Source: a virus (Duplodnaviria; Heunggongvirae; Uroviricota; Caudoviricetes). From it: DNA of 64,000 nt. A model generated the notes under the pieces. The model did no database searches. It was not told the DNA's origin and saw nothing but the letters and a program-made list of their open reading frames with translations. A program made the position numbers and the translations under genes. Positions 1 through 11,359 of the stretch are shown here, in pieces (within the stretch, counting starts at the first letter, position 1; each line of letters opens with the position of its first letter). The DNA lies in the IMG/VR virus record IMGVR_UViG_3300021400_000025, positions 354,069-418,068 of that record; one strand, written 5' to 3'.

Positions 1-3000
1 TCATTGGGCATATCACCAATGGCGTCTGACTGACCACGATTTCCTCGTCTGGGAAGGTCTGCATCTTGTCATATACTGCTTCGAACACGCAATCGGAAAG
101 CACTGTATATGAAGACGAAATGTTCCCCGACTTCAATTTCCAATATCTGAACACGCATCCATTAGGAACATCTGCTTCTGGGACCACATGTCCCTTGAGG
201 GGAGAGTTTTCCTGCACTAGATATGACTGTGTCTTTTCAGGTTCATCATCATCGGTTCCCCATTTGAATGTCACATTGAAATACTGGGAAGTGTCTTTGC
301 CCAATCGGGCGTTCACCACGAAGTTCCATGTGGAGACATTGGTCGGATGGCACATCACACTTCCATCTTGACCATCGCACACAATTGGAGAGGTATCTTT
401 GCACACGATGTCGCCTGATGTTGCTCCACCACACACAATGTAGTCAGGTGGTGGATTGAGTGGGTTGAGGCACACGATGTCGTCATTGTCGCACACAACA
501 AACGATTGCGAGTTGTCCAACTCCCCATCCAATATCCTGCCTTCTGGCTGATCCCACCCCAAGAACACCCAGTCGTTCTTCATGCCTGGAGGACATGTTG
601 GGTAGACCAATTTCCCATCAGTGGTGGAGACCAGCACTTCACAATATACCTTGCCATTCACCTCGAAATCCACCCTGCTCCAAGTGGCGTCCTCCCATTG
701 GGCGGAGAACACAACCACAGGAGAAGAGGATCCCACATTGCCTTGTATCCGAACCCTGTTGCCTGGACTGAATCTATTGTCCAAATCGAATTGGGAAGTC
801 ATGCATCTCCAATTGGCGAATCTGCGCAAATCCACCTTGTCCTGTGAATCCTCCACGGATTTCCATTCATCATCATCATGGTATGTGAATCTGGATATCT
901 TCTGCGAATCATCCAATGTGAAACCACATTCAGGAAGGGAGAACATCTGGTTGGATGCCACCACAATGTCGGGCATCGTCCCCTGGACAACAGATGTCTT
1001 CTCCCCCGGACTGAACTTGACTATGAAGGACTTGGGCTTCCATCTGGCATACAACGCAATCCCACGCATTCCGTCGAAGTTGGCCAGATCAAGAAAACCA
1101 TCCAATCCCAGAATGTCATCCCCATTGGGGGTGGTTGAGAATCCCACCAGTTCATAGTCCACCTGATTTTCGCCATCTGTGTATCTGGGGGAGGACGAAA
1201 TCATGCCACCAAGACTTGACATGGCAAGGGGGAACATGGATGATTCTGCGTGAAGATATACATACTTGGGACGTCCCTCGGCGTCAAACTCCACATCATC
1301 ATGTTCAATGTTGACAAGTCCATCAAAATCCACATCAGATTCGATCATCTCCATCCCATTGCCCAGATTGAACCTGACAACAAGGAACACATGTCCATCT
1401 GGGAGGTAGGTCTGGACGCTGGGAGCGGCCCTCATCTTCATGCGCAAATCCCATGGCAGTCCTGAGACCCCCTCCACATCATCACGATTCTCCTTGCACA
1501 ATGGACATAGGTTCCAAGCACGATCCCTGTCTTTTATGTAGCTGGCAATCTTCTTCTCAAGAACCTTCTGGAAATTGCGCAGCGTGGAAATCTCGTCGGA
1601 AGAAAGCCCAATCTCACCATTTAGCTGATCGTCAGTGTATGCAGCCAATTTCCTCAGATATCTGACATACGGAACCTCATCACCCTCATAGAAGTACACC
1701 TGCCTGTTTTTGTCAGAGTTGAAGATGGATTCTGAATCCAGATATTTGAAGCCCATGTCAACATTGAAATGCCGATTGAACGTCTCCTTGGTCGTGGACT
1801 TGAACTTCAAGTATCTGTACAACCTGGAGAACACGCGCTCAATCACGATTGCGCACTGACCCTGGGAATACTAGATGATGTGTTCAGGATTGAATTCCTC
1901 TATTGCATTGGTCGATGAATTGTAGATGTTGAAGATTTTTTCGTTCTTGATCACGCTGAATGCATCCTCAAGCGCGTCAAATCCAAGTTCAAGCATCCTC
2001 TGCTTCTTGCCAATTCCAAGATCAACGCCAGATGGCTTGACTGTGGCATCTGTGTCTATGAACTCCTTGTAGTCTTGTGGAGACATCACCTCATATGCCC
2101 TTCCAAGATGAAGATTGGTGTATTTGGTGAAATCAGACTTGTTTGCCTCCGAATATACCTTGCCATTCTGGTGGAACCAATCGAAGTCTCCATTCGAGTA
2201 ATCGCACACAACATCTTTGGCATCATGCTTATATACAATGTCATGAATCTTGCCCAGCACTCCCCTTGGAGTCACATAGTCAGAACGTTGGTCATGTATG
2301 GACTTCGCGTTCCTCTTCAGCTCATCCCAAAGATCATCGTCCCAGATATATGATGTCCCATTTTCGTCCTTCGTCACGGACATTGGATTCATGTCCAGAT
2401 ATTCATCGTTGAAGGGATACTGCTCGTCTATGGCACGATACAGAAATTGATACCAGATGTCAAGGGCAAGAATGCCCTCCCATTCAGTGTGTGGCTGCTT
2501 GAATCCATACACAACATAGCTCATGCGGATGTTGGACATCTTGGCGAACAACTCGGCGATGTGTTCGCAGAAGGTGTAGATGTACGCCTTTGCGTCAGTT
2601 TCCTCAGATATCGTTCGTCTGAACGAGTCCTTGACATCCTCAATGTCCTTTTGGAGGTTCCTCAGTCTGTATAGATTGGTGGAGATGGGGTGTCTGTTTT
2701 CGTCCACCTGGTCATTCTATGCATTGTATTTCCCACAGTTGTAGTCGTTGAGGAACTGGTCAGAGTAGATTCCAGTCCTTGCCATGTCAGGATTTTCTTC
2801 AACTTCATATCTGGTCTGAGAATAGTCTATGAACGGCGTGTAGGTGAATGAATCAAGGAAGAACCTTCTGTTGTCCCTGTATTTCTGAAGCAAATCATTG
2901 TTCTCATACTGGGACTGGAACCAGTTATTGCCATTGCCCATCATCTGCTCCATGAAATCCTGGAGCATGATTCTGTCAATATGGTCGAATGGCGTGTTCA

Positions 3001-3226
3001 GCCTGTCCATGATGTTGGCCCAATATAGAGGGTCGTTGCTGCCAGCCTCTAGAGTCATGTTGGACGCAAATTCCCTTGGACCCTTTCCCTGAAGCATGCC
3101 AAATCTATTCGTGCCAGATTCTTGCCCATGTGGAGGAGTTCCGTTGTCAACCTTCTCAGGCCTCATCACATCCTCTATGAACCCTTCCACTTGTCCCTCA
3201 ATCAATGTTTTGATGGCATCGTACAT
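1..3226 (-). CDS. Large virion structural protein with Listeria-Bacteroides/InlB-B-like repeats; 3' end runs off the window; 2 in-frame TAG (2717-2719, 1871-1873)
   Basis: ORFs 2717..3226 and 1871..2707 are in frame across TAG, and the frame stays open towards position 1. Motifs LYARW..FIVKF..GTMPD, VFSAQW and VFLGW resemble B-repeats. GTAAATA lies upstream. Confidence 0.7.
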
Positions 3227-3270
3227 CGTAAATTCTCTCTATGTTTCTTTCTGTTCGTCTTCCACATGGC

Positions 3271-3303
3271 TATTTACCATTGTTATGCGAAAATAGGTAA
3301 ATA
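3271..3303. promoter_or_regulatory. Back-to-back GTAAATA (late-type) promoters
   Basis: TATTTAC at 3271-3277 and GTAAATA at 3297-3303 between divergent genes. Confidence 0.65.
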
Positions 3304-3331
3304 GAAAAGCACAACCATAGAGAACAACAAA

Positions 3332-4612
3332 ATGAAGAAACTGAGCATAACGAAGGAGCGGTTCGAGAAGTCAAGGTACTTCAAGAGAAAATATGGGACT
3401 TTGAAGTTCGTGTCAGAAAGTGGAAAGACCTTCAAGACAGACAAGGGAGAGGTCATACGGTTCGTCTCCGAGGCGAGGGAATATGTGGACGACGACAGCA
3501 TTGAAGAGGACAGTGCAGAGGAGTTCATCATATTCGATGACCCTGACATATTCAACAAGATTGCCAATGTCCACAAGAAGGAGGAGAAGAAGGTTGAGAA
3601 GGAAATCGAACAGCAAGACATCACCAAGCAGGATGTTGTGCAGACTGCATAGAATGGACCTTCCATTGGCGGACAAGTGGCTTCATCTGCAATATCTGCC
3701 ACAGGAAGCATAATCTCCAATCCCACAGTGGTCACGCTCGCGGCGAGCGCATATGGAGCATCCAAGGCGAAGGAAACCGTGGACACCCTCAAGCAGGCCC
3801 TACAAGACTACAAAGACCTCCAGAAATACCAGCAAGTCCAGCAAGTGGCGCGGAATTCTGTAGACGCATATACCAATAGAGTGTCCCAGAAATTGGGGGT
3901 GGATGTCAAGTTGTTAAACAAAGGACAGGAGTGGGTCAACAACCTCAGTGATTCTGAATTCAAGAGGCTGGGTCTGGACAAGGTTCCAGACCGCAGCATG
4001 GAATACTACAAGATTGTGTCTCAGGGACTGCCAGAGGGGGAGAGGGCTGCATTCTTGAAAAACGCAGAGAAGGTGGCAACCACTGCCGCATCTGCTGGCG
4101 CAGGTGCCGCCGGAGCAGGAGCAGCATCTGGAACAACCATATTTGGAATGAGCCTCGCAACAATTGGATGGATCGCGGCAGGAGTTGCTGCTGCAGCCAT
4201 CATAACGCCGTACATCTACGACAAAGTGAGAGCCTGCACCAAGACTTGGCTTGCCGACATCATAGCAGAAGTCAAGTTCAAGGCAGATGGAAAGGACTAC
4301 AGATGCTTCTACGACCTTGACGAGAACAAGTGGATTCTCACATACGCGAACGTGAAGTGGACAAGCTACATGGACAACAAGCTGGACAAGGAGACAACAG
4401 ACGAGTTCTTCAACTCCCAGTTCTTCAAGAAGTTCCTTGACAAGTGCAAGCAGACGTTCGCGTTCCTGTTCTCAACAGGAAAGAACGAAGTCGTGTTCAA
4501 GACCCTCCCTGAAATCAAGGACGCGCCAAAGGAACTCAAGGACATCCTGGAGAAGATTTACGACAACAAGGGCGCAATCACGAAGAATCTGTTCACAGGC
4601 AGACACGATTGA
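3332..4612 (+). CDS. Hypothetical protein with N-terminal KKLxITK tag and Ala/Gly-rich hydrophobic segment (TAG 3650-3652 read as Gln)
   Basis: 3332..3652 and 3677..4612 are in frame (QTA*NGPSIGGQVASS); ends TGA. Confidence 0.75.
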
Positions 4613-4634
4613 ACCAATTGCTCCCAAGAAGGTA

Positions 4635-4667
4635 GAAAAGGCTGGGAAATCAACTTCCCAGCCTTTT
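4635..4667. terminator. Bidirectional intrinsic terminator
   Basis: AAAAGGCTGGGAA-atcaac-TTCCCAGCCTTTT between convergent genes. Confidence 0.75.
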
Positions 4668-4690
4668 GCCTGCAATGTAAATGCATCAAG

Positions 4691-6904
4691 TCATGCATCA
4701 ACGCATGTGTGCTTGACCCTCTGTTCAGTCTCCTTCTGCTTGCCATAGTTGAACGCAGTCTTGTAGTCGCCGGTCAAGTAGCCTGTCACGCGGCGGAGAC
4801 GCTGGATGTTCGTGGAGCCGCACTGTGGACATTTCTTCCCAATCTCGTCCGTGTACCCACAATCGTTGCAGATGTCGTTCGGGACGTTGATTGCGAAATA
4901 GGGGATATCGTGATCCATGGCATAGTTCACAAGTTCCTCAACAGCCTGGATGTTGTTCTTCGCCGTCCCATCAAGTTCAACATAGGTGATGCAACCTGCC
5001 GATGAATATCCCGTCAACTGACTTTCAAGGTCAATCTTCTCAAACGGCGTCATCTTCTCCCACACAGGAACATGCATGGAATTGGTGAAGTAGTCGTGGT
5101 CGGAGACATGTTCAATCTCGCCATACTTCGCCTTGAACTTCTTCATCGCAGTGTAACACAGGTTCTCAGCCGGAGTGAAATACACGCCAAAGTTCAGCTT
5201 GTGTTCCTTCTTGAACTCCGCGCACCTGTCCTTGAACAACTGCTCAATGTGTTTCGCCAACTCCATTCCCTTCTTCGTGGTGTGGTTGCATCCAATGAGG
5301 ATATGAAGTGTCTCCGCCAATCCCAACTGACCAATAGCCAAAGTGCCATGCTTCAACGCGGACTTGATTCCCTCTTCGGGCTTGTAGCCATACATTGTCC
5401 CATTTTCGTACATGAACTTCGCGGACGCTGCCGGCTGAGAGCTTATCCAATCGAACCTTTCAAGCAAGGAATCCTTCGCCTCATGTATCTTCTTGTCCAA
5501 GAGCTTCATGAACTCCTCCACGACGTCAGTTCCAGCCTTCTCAGCCTTCTTCTTGGCCTGCATCGCCAATGTCGGCATAATGATTGTCGTCGGACATATG
5601 TTTCCGCGGCCGTCCTTCAACTGAACCAACTTGGGGTCTTCCGCGTTGATATCGGCAAGGTTGGCGGTTCTGCATCCCATCGTGCTGAAATAGGTGCATG
5701 GGTTGTTGGGGTCATAGCCAGCTGCATTAGACCAATCCACGTTCGCATAGTTCGGATACAATCTCAATGCAGTTGACTTGCAAGCCAACTTGAACAAGTC
5801 GTAGTTGGGATCGCCCTTTTTTCTGTTCACGCCCTTCATGCACTGGAAGATGCCACATGGGAATATGCTCGTCTTGTGGAATTTGCCAATTCCCTTGATA
5901 GAACCCTCAATCAGGGCTTTCGTCACCATGCGTCCCTCTGGCAACGTGCATGTGCCATAGTTGATGGATGTGAACGGAAGCTGATTTCCACTTCTGCTCT
6001 GAAGGGTGTTGAGGTTGTGGTACATTCCCTCAACTGCCTGCTCAAGTTCCTGAACGGTCTTGTCCATTGCGTACTTGTATGCTTCAGTGTCCTTATTGTA
6101 GATGTTTGCATCTATTGAAAGTTCACGCACCTGTTCCTTCGTATGTCCAGAAATCTCGTTCTCCTTCTCAATGTACTTCATTCCATCCAAATAGTGCTTC
6201 CAGAAGCTCAAACGCACGTACGGAACCATCGTCCAGTCTAGGTGCGTAGCAGCTACTCCACCAAACTGCTGAAGGGATTGAAGTTGGAATATCACAGCCA
6301 CCAACTGAAATGCCGTGCTGATTGAACCTGCTGGTCTTATATCACCCTGCCTTGTGTTGAAGCCCTCTTTCAGCAACTTGTCAAATGGTATCGACAAGCA
6401 ATTATGGGAGCCAACCGCGTAGGCATCAAGGTCGTGGATGTATACCTCGTTGTTGTTGTGGTTGTGCCTTGTCTTCTTCGACACCAGATGCTCAAGGGCG
6501 TAGTTTTTCATCACATAGGAAGCGGTCTCGCCCATTCTCCCACCAAATGAATACTCATCAACGTTGGCGTTCTGGTTCTGGACATTGGATGCGGTCAGCT
6601 TCTCAGTGAGGTATTTGGTGTTCCTGACCCTCTCCTTCTCGTAGCGGTATGTGATGTACTTCTTCGCCACCTCGTATCCCGCGGCCTCCATTATCTTCTT
6701 CTCAATGACATCTTCCAGTATGTCTATGTCAATAGGCTCTTCCAATGTCTCGCAGAACGCAACAACTGAATCTGTTATGCGCTTCAACTGCTTTGAGGTC
6801 AGCTTCTCGTCTGCCTTTACGTTCTCGTTTGCCTTGATTATTGAATTCAGAATCTTCTTCGGCTCCAGGTCTTCAACCTTGCCATCTCGTTTAATCACTG
6901 TCAT
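4691..6904 (-). CDS. nrdD: Anaerobic (class III) ribonucleoside-triphosphate reductase
   Basis: N-terminal ATP cone (VIKRDG), YIHDLD, SRSGNQLPFTSIN, MGCRT, C-terminal CxxC...CxxC and RRVTGYL glycyl-radical motif. Confidence 0.97.
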   Translation of the reverse strand: MTVIKRDGKVEDLEPKKILNSIIKANENVKADEKLTSKQLKRITDSVVAFCETLEEPIDIDILEDVIEKKIMEAAGYEVAKKYITYRYEKERVRNTKYLTEKLTASNVQNQNANVDEYSFGGRMGETASYVMKNYALEHLVSKKTRHNHNNNEVYIHDLDAYAVGSHNCLSIPFDKLLKEGFNTRQGDIRPAGSISTAFQLVAVIFQLQSLQQFGGVAATHLDWTMVPYVRLSFWKHYLDGMKYIEKENEISGHTKEQVRELSIDANIYNKDTEAYKYAMDKTVQELEQAVEGMYHNLNTLQSRSGNQLPFTSINYGTCTLPEGRMVTKALIEGSIKGIGKFHKTSIFPCGIFQCMKGVNRKKGDPNYDLFKLACKSTALRLYPNYANVDWSNAAGYDPNNPCTYFSTMGCRTANLADINAEDPKLVQLKDGRGNICPTTIIMPTLAMQAKKKAEKAGTDVVEEFMKLLDKKIHEAKDSLLERFDWISSQPAASAKFMYENGTMYGYKPEEGIKSALKHGTLAIGQLGLAETLHILIGCNHTTKKGMELAKHIEQLFKDRCAEFKKEHKLNFGVYFTPAENLCYTAMKKFKAKYGEIEHVSDHDYFTNSMHVPVWEKMTPFEKIDLESQLTGYSSAGCITYVELDGTAKNNIQAVEELVNYAMDHDIPYFAINVPNDICNDCGYTDEIGKKCPQCGSTNIQRLRRVTGYLTGDYKTAFNYGKQKETEQRVKHTCVDA

Positions 6905-6917
6905 TTCCGTTTACCCT

Positions 6918-7433
6918 TCAATTTCTAAAATTCACTTCAACTATCTTTCCAGACTTCAATGTCTTCTTGACGTCAATCACCCTCTGGTTGGATGAACCTC
7001 TGAATGGGCATGAAAGATCCTTCTTCTCCTGGATGAACTCGCCATCGACAATGACATCAACACAGTCGAGAATGCCCTTCATGCTGTTGTCTGTTGAAAT
7101 GTCCTCGAACCTGTATCCTGTCCAAAGCCAAATGTCCTTGGTTGGAAACTGTTTCTTGACCTCACTGCATAGATTGATAATCTGAGTTCTATTGTCGGAG
7201 CATACACTAAGTGGCTCGCCACCCATCAGGCTCAAGCCATCACATGTTGGTTTTTCAAGTTCACCGAAAATCTTCTGTTTCGCTTCTTCGTCAAATGGCT
7301 TTCCAAACTCAGGTTCCTGAGCCTCAGGGTTGAAGCATCCTGGACATTTGCGCAAACAACCAGTGACCCACAATGTGCATCTAAACCCCAGTCCATTGGA
7401 AATGTCGGCCTTCAAAATCTTTGTGTAATTCAT
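6918..7433 (-). CDS. nrdG: Anaerobic RNR activating protein (radical SAM)
   Basis: NGLGFRCTLWVTGCLRKCPGCFN (CxxxCxxC), GGEPL, FRGSSNQR; adjacent to nrdD. Confidence 0.95.
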   Translation of the reverse strand: MNYTKILKADISNGLGFRCTLWVTGCLRKCPGCFNPEAQEPEFGKPFDEEAKQKIFGELEKPTCDGLSLMGGEPLSVCSDNRTQIINLCSEVKKQFPTKDIWLWTGYRFEDISTDNSMKGILDCVDVIVDGEFIQEKKDLSCPFRGSSNQRVIDVKKTLKSGKIVEVNFRN

Positions 7434-7579
7434 GCTTTGTATCACCTTAAAATTTCAACTTGTCCAAGCTATATTTACGCCACACCACCCTTCAATTATA
7501 CCCTTGTTCAACAACAATAATTCGACAAAATTTTCCATCAACCCCAATGTTTTCATTCGATTTTTTGTATATATGGGGA

Positions 7580-7612
7580 AAGAAAAAGGACGCCCATCAG
7601 AGAGCATCCTTG
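7580..7612 (-). terminator. Intrinsic terminator after the ArdA-containing gene
   Basis: Minus strand AGGATGCTC-tctgat-GGGCGTCCT followed by a T-tract. Confidence 0.55.
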
Positions 7613-7642
7613 GCAACAACAGAAAGTCATTGTTGTATTTCA

Positions 7643-9361
7643 TCAGTTCCTGCGGAACACATACCCATCTTCCTCGAAATAATCGTTGATGAGAAGGTCT
7701 CTTCCGAAGGAATCGTAGTCGAAGTAATTACGTACTGTGTCTGGAGCCAACTGGTCAACGCCACCAAGACTATCAACATAGTCATAGGCAACCTGCTGGT
7801 CCGATTCGTACTCGCCCTGGTCATAGCCATCGTTGTCGTAGTAGTGATCTGGATCTTCAGGCTCTCCTTCGGAGTCCGTGTTGTCGGGATCTCCACGGTG
7901 GAAATCATACATCAAGTCGCGTCCAAAGGAATCGTAGTCGAAGTATGTGTCAAGGTTCTCCTGACCAACACTGTCCCAGCCCATGTCGTCAACAATATGG
8001 TAGGCGAAATCCTCTGGGGAGTCAAACTGTCCTTCGTATGCGTCCTCAAAGTCCTCAATGCTGTCGTTGTCGGTGTAGCTGACATATGCTGCGTAGGCAT
8101 CCTTCTGGGAATCGTCCATCAAGTAGTATTCGTTGATCTTGTCAAACTCCTCCTCGGTTGGCAGACCACCTTCGTGATACCACTTCTCTGGGAAGTTCTC
8201 GTAGTCCTGAACCATGAACTCCGGATCATCCTCGTCCTCATGCAGCTTGTAGCAGGCTTCAAGGAACTCCTCGTATGTGTTGTACTTGGACAGGTCAATC
8301 CACTTGCCATCAATGCTGCCATTGTTGTACTTGGCGTATGTACCAACGTAGATTTTTGGGGTATCGCCAATGTAGTTGTCCCCATCGTCGGCTTCCTTCA
8401 ACATTTTTATCTTATTCACAACAACCATTGGAGTTGAATTGTCATAGTTTCTTCCCATTTTTACCTGCACAGATATGTTGTCATATCTTTGTTCAAGTAG
8501 TTCAGCAAACTCTTTAGCATCTTTGATGCTATAATCATCGTCAAATAAAATAAAAGATGTATTATCATCACCTCTTACATTTTTAACACCAACAACATTT
8601 TCGTCGCCAAGGTCGCTTATCAACTTGAGAAAGTTACGTCCATTCGCCATGAACGGAAACTTTGCATTTTCCTTCACAATCTTTCTGGATTTCATCTTCT
8701 GCTTCCCAGTGGATTCGTTGTACACATCAATGCTTGTTCTATTGACAATCCTGTAAATGGTATCATCGTCCTCAATGCCCTCATATCCTCCAGGGAGGTC
8801 AACGATGTCGCGGTAGTTGAATTCCTCAATCGTCTGAATTTCAGGATATCTGTTGAAGAGGTCTTCCATCAGAAAGAAATAGTCGTCAGCCTCAGCTCCA
8901 TCGCCAGACATATCATTGATGTCTTCAAGTTCCTGCGCGAACTTCTGGACTTTCCTCTTGTCCTGTCCATAATACAATCCATGAATCGCCGTGTGCATGT
9001 TCCTGAAATTGACTGCCCACATTATCTGCTTTCTGGATTCGTTCACCATATCCTAATCCTCATCGCTGAAATCTTCGTCTTCTTCTTCATGATAGCCGAC
9101 ATCCTTGAATCCCTTTGCGTCAATCGCTGCAAGAAACTCTGGAATCTGGTCCTTTGAAATGAAATCCTCATCGTACAGCTCGTACTCTCTGTCTCCATAG
9201 TCCACCCTTCCAATTGGCGCACCTCTGTAGTAGATTTCATATCCATGGTCATAGCCACCAAGACCCATTTCCCAATTGCCGCAACGTCCATGCTTGCCGT
9301 TGTCGTCAATCTGATCCATGACCTTCCTCAATGGGGCGAAATTCAATTTCCTTGTCTTCAT
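7643..9361 (-). CDS. Multi-domain protein ending in an ArdA-like antirestriction domain (TAG 9053-9055 read through)
   Basis: KIYVGTYAKYNNGSIDGKWIDL...DPEFMVQDYENFP and YFDYDSFGRDL (twice) are ArdA-like. 9053..9367 is joined in frame (SDED*DMVNES). Confidence 0.8.
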
Positions 9362-9412
9362 TTGCAAATCTCTATGTTGATTGTTTTCAAAGACTATTTA
9401 CAAAAAAGGCGA

Positions 9413-9571
9413 TTATTTCACGACAACGCGGTCATGTCCATCCCAATCAGTGAATTCAATGTTGGAGATGTCCTTGTACCAATCCTTGTCCTCGTCAATC
9501 AGAAAAACCTCGACGTTTCCACGCTGTCTCTCCAATTCAGAAAGGCGTTCAATCATTTCAAGCAATCGCAT
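9413..9571 (-). CDS. Small hypothetical protein (~52 aa, below the ORF-track cutoff)
   Basis: MRLLEMIERLSELE...; start overlaps the previous stop, GGAG upstream. Confidence 0.45.
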   Translation of the reverse strand: MRLLEMIERLSELERQRGNVEVFLIDEDKDWYKDISNIEFTDWDGHDRVVVK

Positions 9572-10020
9572 CATTTCTCCTTCAGTTGATCTTGTTCCAT
9601 GTTTGAAAGCATGGTGTTGACGAACCTGCCATAGTCAAGGTATCGAATTCTCGTTCCAGCCTTGATTTGCTCAAAGATGTTCTGGTCTCTGATTCCATTC
9701 AACTTCATCAAAAACCACGCCAATCTGGTTGAGCCATACACCTTCCATGATATCGAGGGCCAATGCATGTCTGTTGGGCAGATGTACCATTGGCAAACCT
9801 CGTCTGGAATGTCAATCAAGTAGAAGGTTGAATTCAAATTGTACTGCCATCGCCCTTCCTTGTCTATGAACAAAGAGAACATCTTGTCAAGGTCGAAGAA
9901 GTCAGGGGAGGCATCATTGGATGAATGGACATATTGATCTATTTCATCAACATACACCCCATCCATCGAATATGGCTTTCCAACCACCTTGTTGTTCTGC
10001 AATCCTCTGCTCTCGGACAT
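9571..10020 (-). CDS. Baseplate wedge protein, T4 gp53-like
   Basis: WPSISWKVYGSTRLAWFLMKLNGI...IKAGTRIRY pattern; GTAAATA and RBS upstream. Confidence 0.65.
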   Translation of the reverse strand: MSESRGLQNNKVVGKPYSMDGVYVDEIDQYVHSSNDASPDFFDLDKMFSLFIDKEGRWQYNLNSTFYLIDIPDEVCQWYICPTDMHWPSISWKVYGSTRLAWFLMKLNGIRDQNIFEQIKAGTRIRYLDYGRFVNTMLSNMEQDQLKEK

Positions 10021-10049
10021 GATATGCTCTCCTCATCATGTATTTACCA

Positions 10050-10436
10050 TCATGCACTCAATCTTGACTTGATTTTCCGCCAATATGGCTTGGTTCTGCT
10101 CTTGCGATGCCCCTTTGGACCACCATTCCAGATTCTTGCGTACTTCTCGTTCGTGGCATTGACTCCCCCATGCAGAAGAAGGTATTTGCGGCAGATCTCC
10201 CTTGATTTCTCAATGGATTTTCTGTCGGCGTAGGTGTAGGAGGTTCCATACGCCTTGTTCACGTCGTCAACAACTTCCTTGTGGATTTGCAAGGGTCCGA
10301 TGGCTTTTCCATTGTCCCCAACAGCATGAGCCTCACCATTTGACTCAACATGAACAAGCGCGTCAATCAACCTCTCGGAAGGAGAGGCGAACGCTGAAAG
10401 ACATGTCATGAGCAATATGAACGGCAGAAAACGCAT
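10050..10436 (-). CDS. Lysozyme-like/lytic transglycosylase with signal peptide
   Basis: Signal peptide MRFLPFILLMTCLSAFA; ALVHVESNG (catalytic Glu), GPLQI, ARIWNGGP. Confidence 0.8.
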   Translation of the reverse strand: MRFLPFILLMTCLSAFASPSERLIDALVHVESNGEAHAVGDNGKAIGPLQIHKEVVDDVNKAYGTSYTYADRKSIEKSREICRKYLLLHGGVNATNEKYARIWNGGPKGHRKSRTKPYWRKIKSRLSA

Positions 10437-10442
10437 AGGCTT

Positions 10443-10718
10443 CTATTTACCATTCTCGAACAGCCCAATGTAGAGGAACTTGGCGCACACGCTGAACGCG
10501 AAATTCCCTACATGGTAGTTGAACACGGTGATTTTGTCGAACAAGAAGGATATTGCGTCTTCATGGTCTGAAAACCTAATCTCGTCTCCTCCTGGCATCA
10601 CCACCACTATCGTCCAATAGGATGGCATTGAGTCACTGGAGCAGGTTCCAATCAACCCCTCCATGAACTCTTCCTGCGTGTAGGGGGTGGTTCTCTTGCA
10701 GATGTCAACGAGGGTCAT
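10443..10718 (-). CDS. Hypothetical protein (ends in TAG, in frame with the lysozyme)
   Basis: ORF in a tightly packed operon. Confidence 0.55.
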   Translation of the reverse strand: MTLVDICKRTTPYTQEEFMEGLIGTCSSDSMPSYWTIVVVMPGGDEIRFSDHEDAISFLFDKITVFNYHVGNFAFSVCAKFLYIGLFENGK

Positions 10719-10721
10719 GTT

Positions 10722-11051
10722 TCAATTTTCCTTCCATTTCAACTTGCTGAACGCCTCAATAACATCAGCGTCGATGTTCGTCCTTCCATCCTTGGAATCC
10801 TCAACCCAAACAGTGATACCGCAATGGCTGTCGGTCACCCAAGAAGTGATGGAAACCTCCCGTATGGTTTTTGACAAGGAGGCGTTGAACAAATCACCAA
10901 GAAACTCCCCGACTCCATCTTTACTGTAGCACCTAAACTTTTGTTCAAAACTGTTCTTGTAGGTGCATACGATGATTGACTTGATTGGGAGATTGCCCTT
11001 GCTCTTGAGGACAGCCCCCAATTCCCAAACTATTTCGCAACTGCTTCTCAT
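10722..11051 (-). CDS. Hypothetical protein
   Basis: Operon packing. Confidence 0.55.
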   Translation of the reverse strand: MRSSCEIVWELGAVLKSKGNLPIKSIIVCTYKNSFEQKFRCYSKDGVGEFLGDLFNASLSKTIREVSITSWVTDSHCGITVWVEDSKDGRTNIDADVIEAFSKLKWKEN

Positions 11052-11054
11052 TGA

Positions 11055-11294
11055 TCAGAACTCCGCGTTGCGCATGTTCCTGAACAATTCCTCGGGACGA
11101 TTGATGTAGTGGATTGCGAACCAAGTGGCCGAGAACGCCATCCAAAGCAGATAGATTGGGAAGATGACGATGGTGGCGACAACCCCCAGAATCCAAGCAG
11201 GTATCATCACCAGAAGGACATAGGGGAGCGACTTCCTGTTTGTCCTCTTGCGATATTCCTCAACCTGCCCACCAAACAATTGATAATCTGTCAT
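11055..11294 (-). CDS. Small membrane protein
   Basis: GAGGAG RBS; long hydrophobic stretch. Confidence 0.6.
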   Translation of the reverse strand: MTDYQLFGGQVEEYRKRTNRKSLPYVLLVMIPAWILGVVATIVIFPIYLLWMAFSATWFAIHYINRPEELFRNMRNAEF

Positions 11295-11316
11295 GTCTAT
11301 TCTCCTCGTTTCAATC

Positions 11317-11359
11317 AACACCAATATTATAGCATATCAACATGCCCAATGTCAAGGGG
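11317..11359 (-). promoter_or_regulatory. Sigma70-type early promoter
   Basis: CCCC-TTGACA-N18-TATAAT-ATTGGTGTT. Confidence 0.8.

Noticed and set aside
66-1665. Short + strand ORFs at the window start
   Set aside because: The region is occupied by a continuous minus-strand frame that runs off the edge
7455-7643. 62-aa ORF between the ArdA gene and nrdG
   Set aside because: Spans a terminator and two promoter motifs; likely non-coding
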